Assembly: GCF_003428155.1 (NCBI RefSeq)
Contig: NZ_QLIR01000012.1
Location: forward strand, 30,001 to 62,000
DNA from: Fastidiosibacter lacustris
GTDB lineage: Bacteria; Pseudomonadota; Gammaproteobacteria; Francisellales; Francisellaceae
Length of the DNA stretch: 32,000 nucleotides
Direction of reading: 5' to 3'
Shown: positions 18,804 through 25,642 of the stretch, piece by piece
Numbering within the stretch: position 1 is the stretch's first letter
Layout: the number at the start of each line of letters is the position of its first letter
The notes under the pieces: model-generated
The model's database searches: none
Told to the model about the DNA's origin: nothing
What the model saw: only the letters and a program-made list of their open reading frames with translations
Made by a program: the position numbers and the translations under genes

Positions 18804-19127
18804 TTATTTCCCACTTTTCCCTTTCAAATAAGCTGATGTTTTGTTTTCAATCATCGTTATCAATGTATCGGCATCAAAGAATTTACCTGTTGTTTTAGTT
18901 TTATCAAAGACACAGCGTATAATCTCTTTAACCACTTCGTTGGTTTCAATGGCATATTTCACACTATCATCTACTGCAAGATCATCTGATGACTTATCTA
19001 GCGATGATTTATGCACTCTTAATCCTAAATCAAGCATATCAAGCGCAAAGTTAGCCGTTGATTTACTACTGCTTTTGGCATGTTTTTCTAATTCTTCATA
19101 GACATTAGCGCCTATATCTAATTTCAT
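18804..19127 (-). CDS. Small ribbon-helix-helix-like protein, a candidate relaxosome accessory protein or regulator
   Basis: The ATG at 19127 forms an ATGA overlap with the upstream gene's stop. MKLDIGANVYEELEKHAKSSSKSTANFALDMLDLGL has a strand-helix-helix pattern. Adjacent to the candidate oriT. Confidence 0.45.
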   Translation of the reverse strand: MKLDIGANVYEELEKHAKSSSKSTANFALDMLDLGLRVHKSSLDKSSDDLAVDDSVKYAIETNEVVKEIIRCVFDKTKTTGKFFDADTLITMIENKTSAYLKGKSGK

Positions 19128-19621
19128 TTCCATTGGTTTTTATCCTCTTCAATTGGAATAGTTTTCATGTTATTTCTATCATTTGAAACATAAATATTTT
19201 TATATTCTTCACCTTGAATCTGTCCACATTTTTTCACTGTTTCATCTAGAGAAATGGCGAATATTTTCTTGGCAATCTCGGTATCATTTATCTTGCCTAA
19301 AAGACATTTCGTGCTTATTTGTGCTGCATGAACAAGGTGAGGTATCATAATATTTATTTGCTCTGTTAACTTTACTAAATGATTAATGTCATCAGAAATA
19401 ACAACGTTTTTACCTTGTTTTTCTTCCTTTTTTTCCAATATTTTTTCGCGAATTAAATGCTTAATTGCCAAACCCAATGATGGCTCATTGTTACTTTTTA
19501 ATAATGCGTTGTCATATGCCAATTTGGTTAGATACTTTTCTTCGGTTTCAGATAACCTTAATGAGGTTGGGTATTGTTTTGATTCCATAAGGCGTTTTTG
19601 CTTGATTTTTATGTAGTGCAT
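19124..19621 (-). CDS. RHH-like DNA-binding protein, a candidate TraY/TraM-type oriT accessory factor or repressor
   Basis: PTSLRLSETEEKYLTKLAYDNALL fits an RHH N-terminal strand plus helix. It is transcribed away from the candidate oriT. Start ambiguous (19621 or ATG at 19588). Confidence 0.45.
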   Translation of the reverse strand: MHYIKIKQKRLMESKQYPTSLRLSETEEKYLTKLAYDNALLKSNNEPSLGLAIKHLIREKILEKKEEKQGKNVVISDDINHLVKLTEQINIMIPHLVHAAQISTKCLLGKINDTEIAKKIFAISLDETVKKCGQIQGEEYKNIYVSNDRNNMKTIPIEEDKNQWK

Positions 19622-19837
19622 TGTAGCGCATATAAAGTGGACTTGCTAGCTATTTGTATCACATTTTACTACTTATAACGGTTTTATAAGGCTAGTCTCT
19701 GTATTAAATTGTGCTACAATCAGGCTAATGAGTATATCCCTTGTACTACAATGTAGTTTTTACATATAAATACTTTACTCTGATGCCAAGAGATGCTTAT
19801 AAATAAAGGCTTCTCTATGTATTATTTTTTGCTACAA
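19621..19837. promoter_or_regulatory. Repeated GCTACAA/TTGTAGC motifs (operator-like) upstream of the RHH operon
   Basis: TTGTAGC at 19621-19627, GCTACAA at 19713-19719, palindrome CTACAATGTAG at 19746-19756 and GCTACAA at 19831-19837. Confidence 0.4.
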
Positions 19838-19935
19838 GATAATCAGGAGTATTTTTAATGATTTTATATTCGCTAAAAAAAGCCAAAAGCCTTTATTTAC
19901 AAGACTTTGAATAAGCCTTTTTAGGCAACACTCGA

Positions 19936-19953
19936 TTGCGTGGTGTGTGGCAG
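19936..19953 (+). other. Candidate oriT nic region (F/R100-type TraI recognition sequence). Predicted nick after T19948 on the + strand.
   Basis: TTGCGTGGTGTGTGG (19936-19950) matches F oriT TTGCGTGGGGTGT^GG at 14 of 15 positions and has the R100-like GTGTGTGG. It sits in an ORF-free gap between the RHH genes and ardC. Confidence 0.6.
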
Positions 19954-20170
19954 GGTCAGGGAGGTCGTGTCGAGGATACCTTGGATTTAATGTAATGATT
20001 ATGATAATCGTTATCGTACAGTGTGCGTATGAAAATTGAGCAGACAATCCTATGCCGTTTGAATGGAAATTGACATTTTAAGCCTATACCTTTTAAAAAG
20101 ATGGAATAAAATTAAAGGACAATAAAAACAAGATAAAATCGGTTTGATTTTTTAAAAAAATATTATTTTT

Positions 20171-21124
20171 CTATGTAACTTTTTCATATTGATCATTTAC
20201 ATTAATATTCAAAAGAAAACTAAAAACTTTTACGCAACATTTAACAGCTTCCATATAATCATCATCTGTTAAAAGTGAAAGCCAACTTTCAATATATTTT
20301 TCATGATTTTTTATCTCGCCATTAATACCAAAATGCTTTAATAAAATGGTGCTGCTGATCTCAGCAATTAACTCTTCTTTTGCATAAGACTTTTTGCATG
20401 AAAAATTTATTTCTCGATTTAATCTGCTTGGATGCAATGTCCAATGCGCTAACTCATGCAAAAGCGTTGCCTGATAGTCTGCCTCAGTTCTAAAATATTT
20501 TGGGCTTGGCAGCCTTATTTCGTCTAACTCTGGTGAGTAATAAGCTTGACCAATGTCATGATGAACAATTTTTGGATTGTGTGCATTAATCAAGCTTTCG
20601 ATACCACTATCAGTTTTTATTTCCTGATCAACATCTTTTAAGGTTGTTTGCGTTAAATTAAAAACGCGGTACATTTTAGGGCATATAGCAGTATATTTGT
20701 ATTTATCACCCGCTTTAACTTTAACTAAATGACCATTGTTTTTATATTCATAATCAGTTTTCGCGTCACCTTCCTTTTTGTAAGTTGTAAAGAAAAAGAC
20801 TTCTTCCGATTTTTCACCTTTACGCACACTCCCACCAAGTTCATTTATTTGTTTGAAAGTAAACCATTGATTAGACTTGTATTTATTTTCAAGTTGCGAA
20901 AATAATAATTGCAAAACGTTAACGCCGTTATATAGTTTTGATTGACTATTAACAGGCAATAACTGACTTCCTGAGCGATCAAAATTATCTACCCAAACGT
21001 CTGCGCCTTTTTTGATATTTTCTTTAATCTTTTGAGCAATAGACAAAACATAATCCTGATATGTTGTTTTTACTGTTTTTGAAGTTTTTAAAGTGCTATA
21101 TTTTTTTACTTTTGTTGTAGTCAT
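20171..21124 (-). CDS. ardC: ArdC-type antirestriction protein (ssDNA-binding N-domain plus zincin metalloprotease domain)
   Basis: LPVNSQSKLYNGVNVLQL...NQWFTFKQINELGGSVRKGEKSEEVFFF is the ArdC-N/DUF1738 pattern. C-terminal YSPELDEIRLP...LLHELAHWTLHPSRLNRE carries the HExxH motif. Confidence 0.85.
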   Translation of the reverse strand: MTTTKVKKYSTLKTSKTVKTTYQDYVLSIAQKIKENIKKGADVWVDNFDRSGSQLLPVNSQSKLYNGVNVLQLLFSQLENKYKSNQWFTFKQINELGGSVRKGEKSEEVFFFTTYKKEGDAKTDYEYKNNGHLVKVKAGDKYKYTAICPKMYRVFNLTQTTLKDVDQEIKTDSGIESLINAHNPKIVHHDIGQAYYSPELDEIRLPSPKYFRTEADYQATLLHELAHWTLHPSRLNREINFSCKKSYAKEELIAEISSTILLKHFGINGEIKNHEKYIESWLSLLTDDDYMEAVKCCVKVFSFLLNINVNDQYEKVT

Positions 21125-21160
21125 CGTATTATCTCCATTGTTGTGTTGATAACACCTTTT

Positions 21161-21237
21161 GCAACAAGCCTTAAAAAATTAAATGCAAGGGTGCCGCAGG
21201 CACTTGCGTAGCCCTTGCATTTGAATTTTGGCTTGTT
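21161..21237. repeat. Long imperfect palindrome (about 24 bp of stem) immediately upstream of ardC
   Basis: AACAAGCC (21163-21170) pairs with GGCTTGTT (21230-21237). AAAA (21074-21077 equivalent positions 21174-21177) pairs with TTTT (21226-21229). AAATGCAAGGG (21181-21191) pairs with CCCTTGCATTT (21212-21222). Apical mini-stem TGCC-GCA-GGCA. Confidence 0.6.
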
Positions 21238-21260
21238 AAAAAAGAAAATATTACTAGGCT

Positions 21261-21288
21261 ATCACGCTGTAAGCGTGATTCCTTTTTG
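21261..21288 (+). terminator. Perfect 8-bp hairpin with a T-run on the + strand, between higA-like and ardC
   Basis: ATCACGCT-GTA-AGCGTGAT followed by TCCTTTTTG. The orientation of the T-run is opposite to both flanking genes. Confidence 0.35.
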
Positions 21289-21349
21289 TCGGCGTTGTTT
21301 ATTTTTTGAGATTTCAGGAAAGAACTTTAAAGGGATTGAGATAAAAAAA

Positions 21350-21655
21350 TTATGATAAATATTTTAAGCCATTCTCATCAACGAGATTAATTAGTTTTAA
21401 GATAGCACCCTTAGCTTGTCGCGTGCCCTGCTCAAGACTTTTAACCATTGCTGGACTGATATTAAGAAATTTAGCAAATACCGCTTGGCTGACGTTTTGA
21501 CGTTCTCTAATTGCTTTTATATCATCGCCTGTATATTCGTATACTGTTGGCGTTTCAACTTCGGTTAATTCGCGCAGGGTTGTTTTGTCAATAATACCAC
21601 TGGTGTATAGATCATTTGACAAGTCGTTTATGGTTTCTCTTATGCTGCTCATCAT
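21350..21655 (-). CDS. HTH antitoxin (COG2944/NadS/HigA-2-like) partner of the upstream RelE-fold toxin
   Basis: C-terminal IRERQNVSQAVFAKFLNISPAMVKSLEQGTRQAKGAILKLINLV is the typical YiaG/NadS-type HTH. 4-nt overlap with the toxin gene. Confidence 0.75.
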   Translation of the reverse strand: MMSSIRETINDLSNDLYTSGIIDKTTLRELTEVETPTVYEYTGDDIKAIRERQNVSQAVFAKFLNISPAMVKSLEQGTRQAKGAILKLINLVDENGLKYLS

Positions 21656-22023
21656 ATCACCTTAAATAGTTTTTTATCTGCGATTAACGTTTGCACATCA
21701 CTATCACTTAATGACAGTAATATGCTAGACAACTTTTTAAAGTCCACAAGCTCGCGCTTTGTGAAGTTTTCTTTTTCATTCTTTTTAAAGCAATGCACCC
21801 AGTAACATACAACGCCATCACTAAAAACAATAATGGTTCGACTGCTGCCGCTTTTGCCTTTATTGTCTGTCGCTACTCTAAGCTTATATAAGCTGCCACC
21901 TAATGCATATCTTTGCTTACCCAAGTCATCTAGTGAAGCAAAGTAATTTAATGTTTCTTTTAAATCTGCATCGCTAATATGTTTTGATTCACTTGCAAAC
22001 TTTTTTATTTTATAATTTTTCAT
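21652..22023 (-). CDS. RelE-superfamily toxin (DUF1044/HigB-2-like)
   Basis: MKNYKIKKF...LGGSLYKLRVATDNKGKSGSSRTIIVF...FKKNEKENFTKRELVDFKKLS fits the DUF1044 RelE-like pattern. The ATG at 22023 is preferred over the long ORF start at 22146, which adds a hydrophobic, unlikely leader. Confidence 0.7.
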   Translation of the reverse strand: MKNYKIKKFASESKHISDADLKETLNYFASLDDLGKQRYALGGSLYKLRVATDNKGKSGSSRTIIVFSDGVVCYWVHCFKKNEKENFTKRELVDFKKLSSILLSLSDSDVQTLIADKKLFKVI

Positions 22024-22139
22024 GCTTAAAATAGTTGGCTGTATGTTACATAGTATTATAATACACTGGCTTACCATGTCAATAAAACAATAAAGCAAAA
22101 AATTAAAAATAATGATATAAACATAAGGAAGTAAATAAC

Positions 22140-22385
22140 ATGCCAAGCATTACAAAACCATCTGCACCCAGTTATATGACGCTACCTAAAAAAGTTAGAA
22201 TCACCGAGGAAACTTACTTTAAAATGCTAGAGTATCTGGATTGGAATCAATCGCTTGATGGCGAAAACGATATTGATTTTTTAATTGAGGAATCCATTAA
22301 AATTGCACTCGAATCTGATAAAGATTTTAAGCGTAGAAATAAAGTGAAGAAAACAGCAGCGGTTAAGGAAGAAGCGACTGCATAA
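22140..22385 (+). CDS. Hypothetical small acidic protein (81 aa)
   Basis: ORF only. It is divergent from the toxin gene and followed by the palindrome GACTGCAT-A-ATGCAGTC (22376-22392). Confidence 0.4.
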   Translation: MPSITKPSAPSYMTLPKKVRITEETYFKMLEYLDWNQSLDGENDIDFLIEESIKIALESDKDFKRRNKVKKTAAVKEEATA

Positions 22386-22403
22386 TGCAGTCTAATAACT
22401 CAC

Positions 22404-22757
22404 TTAATAGCGATACTCAGGGATGCGTTCGATTTCGTTATCAATGCGATACGTCATATCATCACAGTAAACATTTTCTAGCTTCTTAATCGTTGCATGC
22501 TCCAGTATCTCATACCGGCATTCATTAGATGTCGTAAACTTCGGCGGGTATTCACTAAACAACACTTCATAGGTGTCACTGCCAAAACAGTAACGGATAT
22601 ATACATAACCATCTAAATGCCTTGCATTGACTTTAAACATCAGTGTCGTTTCATCTAGGCGCTTAAAGTCATGCGCACCCCAACTCCAAACCAAGGTTCT
22701 TCCGCCTGTAAATAATTGCTGTATGATTGTGTTTACGTAATAGTTTTTATCATTCAT
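22404..22757 (-). CDS. Hypothetical protein (117 aa), leading-region cargo
   Basis: ORF with GGAGCACAACC before the ATG. No family recognised. Confidence 0.5.
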   Translation of the reverse strand: MNDKNYYVNTIIQQLFTGGRTLVWSWGAHDFKRLDETTLMFKVNARHLDGYVYIRYCFGSDTYEVLFSEYPPKFTTSNECRYEILEHATIKKLENVYCDDMTYRIDNEIERIPEYRY

Positions 22758-23050
22758 GGTTGTGCTCCTTTTGTAGCTTGCTTTTGGTTGTTTTTATTAT
22801 TTTTATTTTTTCGCTTTGTGGTCGAGAAAGTTTTTGATAACCCATTTATTCCATATTGTGCAAATTAACAAACATTGACTATGATTAATCTATGCGCTTG
22901 AGCGGTTGAAACGAGGCGTTTTTATTAATTTTATTTGGTATTCTCTTGCTCAGGTGTATAACCTTTATAAAACACATAAACTGCCCAATTGACCATAACC
23001 GCATTAAAAGCTAATATTCGTGCAAAACAATATTGAGTAACACAATTACC

Positions 23051-23293
23051 ATGCGTAATGACGAAAAGAAAATCATGGCTATTGACGCCAAAGTTAAAGC
23101 CCTCCGTGCTAAAAACACCGATGACATGATACTTTTAACCGAAATGATTGATGAGATGCTAATTTTTAGAGAAACTATGAAAAATACTAAACCAGAGCAA
23201 CTAAATGCCTACTGTCAGAAATATACCAACTTTTTCTACTTTGCAAAACTACTGGACAATCTTGCAGACAAACTCGCCAGCGCTAAAGCCTAA
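23051..23293 (+). CDS. Hypothetical small helical protein (80 aa from ATG 23051)
   Basis: ORF only. The track start at 23033 is a TTG. Confidence 0.4.
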   Translation: MRNDEKKIMAIDAKVKALRAKNTDDMILLTEMIDEMLIFRETMKNTKPEQLNAYCQKYTNFFYFAKLLDNLADKLASAKA

Positions 23294-23351
23294 AATTTCC
23301 TGTTTTACGACCACGATCGTGGTTAAAAAACGGAAAATCAGAAATTTAAAT

Positions 23352-23687
23352 CTATTGCCCATCACTAAAATACGCATCAATGCCTTTCTGTACTAGCTGA
23401 TATTCAAACCCTTTATTCAGCAAATATTTTAAAAGCTTTTGCTTCTTGCCATAATCGGTTTTGCCTTTAATCAAAGGATACTTAGCACTGATTCTGCGTA
23501 GAACATTGTTAAACTGCTGTACTTCGTCAACGACAACTAACTTGTCAATCATGCTTTGTGGTATCGCTTTCTTTTTGAGCTTATCAATCAATGCACCTGT
23601 TGATATATCTTGGTTACTTTCAATGATACGCCTTGCTTTGTTTTCTAATAGCATATCGTTGGTTATATTGGCGTTGTCTAGAGTCAT
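23352..23687 (-). CDS. RecX-like small protein (two RecX-type helical repeats)
   Basis: STGALIDKLKKKAIPQSMIDKLV and KKQKLLKYLLNKGFEYQLVQKGIDAYF resemble RecX repeat signatures (S..EL..KL..KG.....I and K.K..RFL..RGF....I). Confidence 0.4.
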   Translation of the reverse strand: MTLDNANITNDMLLENKARRIIESNQDISTGALIDKLKKKAIPQSMIDKLVVVDEVQQFNNVLRRISAKYPLIKGKTDYGKKQKLLKYLLNKGFEYQLVQKGIDAYFSDGQ

Positions 23688-23700
23688 TGTGGCATCCCTT

Positions 23701-24402
23701 TTACATCTTTATTATTCTTTTTATCCTGTTCTGCCTTCTCTCTTCCTTAATTACCTCGGCTTCTGGTATCTGATTAAATGCAAATTTCACCTGCGCATTA
23801 CTTAATATATTAGTTAGGTTAGCCGTATCTATTCGATTAACTTTTATATCTTCAGACTTGCAAAATTCCCCATTGTTATCAATCCCAATGATTATGTAGC
23901 GGCGTTCACTTTCATTGAGCGTGTTGGCTAATGATATAATATCCTTAAACAAGTCACCCTGTTTTTTTGAATCCTTAGAATACCATTCACGCTTAAAATC
24001 ATGGCGTTCACTTTCTCTTTTAGATTCAATTAACGGGATTATATCTTTACGTACTTCAATATATTTAGGTGTTGCTTGCAACTCTATCTTGTCTGCATCT
24101 TCTGGTTTTAGCTCTAGTTTAGAATGTTTTATTAATACGTTTAGTAAAGCAGTCCCTTTTATTTCTAAAATATGATGGGTATTTAAGGATAAGCAGTATT
24201 TTTTATCTTTACTAAATTCAAAGCTAAGGTTGTTTAATATATCAGACTCTCCAGCCTTGGAAAAATCATCCTCAAGGAGATTGTCAATTTTATGAAATAT
24301 GCTTATTTTGACAACTATCTCACCCTTCCTATCGCTATAGTGGCTCTGCACAATTCCAATATAGCCTTTAAGACTTAGTATCAAGTTGAAGCTCCGGAAC
24401 AC
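23701..24402 (-). CDS. Protein with a C-terminal AlbA_2 (Schlafen-like) putative nucleic-acid-binding domain
   Basis: ESERHDFKREWYSKDSKKQGDLFKDIISLANTLNESERRYIIIGIDNNGEF fits the AlbA_2 signature (E.E..EFK.......I.AFAN..GG.I.IGV.D.G). GTG start overlapping the upstream ORF. Confidence 0.45.
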   Translation of the reverse strand: MFRSFNLILSLKGYIGIVQSHYSDRKGEIVVKISIFHKIDNLLEDDFSKAGESDILNNLSFEFSKDKKYCLSLNTHHILEIKGTALLNVLIKHSKLELKPEDADKIELQATPKYIEVRKDIIPLIESKRESERHDFKREWYSKDSKKQGDLFKDIISLANTLNESERRYIIIGIDNNGEFCKSEDIKVNRIDTANLTNILSNAQVKFAFNQIPEAEVIKEERRQNRIKRIIKM

Positions 24403-24583
24403 AAAGACAAATTTTTGAGCTGTTCAAAACAGTGTCATTTTGAATTCTATTTTCCATGTATTTTAATTCGATAAAACTCGCTTCAATATCACTATCAAAA
24501 TCATCATTTACAACTAAAATAAAACTATCCATAAATACCATTAACCTTTTATGTTCCAGCTTCCGATATAGATATGCATACAA
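24368..24583 (-). CDS. Small ORF overlapping the 5' end of the AlbA_2-like gene. Either a separate gene or the frameshifted N-terminal part of it.
   Basis: 35-nt overlap in a different frame with 23701..24402. No family recognised. Confidence 0.3.
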   Translation of the reverse strand: MYAYLYRKLEHKRLMVFMDSFILVVNDDFDSDIEASFIELKYMENRIQNDTVLNSSKICLCVPELQLDTKS

Positions 24584-24817
24584 GCGACCAATAATAAAAA
24601 TTCTCTGGTTTGTTCTGTGAATTTATTGCTTAGCATCACTGTTTTTCTACGGCTGATATGCTTTGCTCAAATTCTACAGATAATTACAAGCTTATCAAAC
24701 GCTCACTCCTTGTGACATCAATAAATTTTCACTGCGCACTGATAAACTTGCTTATTTTGAGGTATTACACTACTTTAGTCATTGGTAAAACATATATAAC
24801 CAAAGGAGTAACATTAT

Positions 24818-25033
24818 ATGAAATACCTAAGCCCTATCGCACTTATATTAATTATCATCGGTGGCTTAAACTGGCTGCTCGTTGGTTTGTTCAATTTCAA
24901 TCTCGTCCATGCCATTTTTGGCAAACTGGGCTTTGTTGAAAACATCATCTACATTATCGTAGGTATTGCGGCTTTAATTTGCATTCCCATGCTCAAGAAA
25001 TGCTGCCCAAAATCATCTTGCAACAAGGACTAA
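24818..25033 (+). CDS. DUF378-family small membrane protein
   Basis: IALILIIIGGLNWLLVGLFNFNLVHAIFG is the characteristic DUF378 motif (GalNWgLvG.f.fdLV). AAAGGAG upstream of the ATG. Confidence 0.75.
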   Translation: MKYLSPIALILIIIGGLNWLLVGLFNFNLVHAIFGKLGFVENIIYIIVGIAALICIPMLKKCCPKSSCNKD

Positions 25034-25344
25034 TCAACATTGTGGGAAATCAATTTACTGATAACTTTTGCGCCGCAGTTGAAAACACAACAGGGCAGAC
25101 AATTGCGGATTTTTTAACACAATGCGCCAATCAAGGCTTGACCTACACAGAAGTTGGTGAGCTTTTTGGTTACAAGCAGAATACGGTTAGAAAATGGTGC
25201 AGACGATGCAATGTCTCGCTATACAATGAAAGCAGTCTTAAAGCGCTAAACTCACCCGTTAAAAAAGCAGCCATTGAGCAATTACTTGATGACATCAAAA
25301 TCAAATCCCTTAGCTGCTCAAATGTACTGTATAAAGCTTGGTGA
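24979..25344 (+). CDS. Putative HTH DNA-binding protein. The start is uncertain, and GTG 25042 would avoid the overlap with the DUF378 gene.
   Basis: LTYTEVGELFGYKQNTVRKWCRR is a helix-turn-helix pattern, as in AlpA-type or terminase-small-like regulators. Confidence 0.45.
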   Translation: MHSHAQEMLPKIILQQGLINIVGNQFTDNFCAAVENTTGQTIADFLTQCANQGLTYTEVGELFGYKQNTVRKWCRRCNVSLYNESSLKALNSPVKKAAIEQLLDDIKIKSLSCSNVLYKAW

Positions 25345-25349
25345 AAATC

Positions 25350-25580
25350 ATGCAGCGCTTGGAAACAGAAACCAAGTTTTATGAGATAATCGTTAATCAG
25401 GATTTATTAGGCGACATAGTTTTAATTTGCTATTTTGGCGGAAAAAACAGCCATCGCCATCAGTCAAAAACGATCAAGTTAGATTCGTTTTTACAATACT
25501 GTAAAGCGTATAAAAAAATTATCACTACCCGATTGAAACATGGGTATTGGTTTATCCATCATTCACCGCAAGACTTTTAA
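25350..25580 (+). CDS. Small WGR-domain-like protein (WGR replaced by FGG)
   Basis: KFYEIIVNQDLLGDIVLICYFGGKNSHRHQSKTI...AYKKIITTRLKHGY follows the WGR-domain pattern (FYEI.v..dLFG.w.l...WGRIG..G.....f....A......K...GY). Confidence 0.45.
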   Translation: MQRLETETKFYEIIVNQDLLGDIVLICYFGGKNSHRHQSKTIKLDSFLQYCKAYKKIITTRLKHGYWFIHHSPQDF

Positions 25581-25642
25581 AATGCAGGCGATACAGCTTT
25601 GTGCTATGATGTTTTAAGCCAAAATAATACCGCTAATTTTCA

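Noticed and set aside
19832-20047. 71-aa minus-strand ORF spanning the candidate oriT
   Set aside because: No SD and an implausible composition. It overlaps the GC-rich nic motif in an otherwise regulatory gap.
23205-23805. + strand ORFs 23205-23396 and 23461-23805, antisense to the RecX-like and AlbA_2-like genes
   Set aside because: These are shadow ORFs opposite better-supported minus-strand genes, with low-complexity hydrophobic translations.
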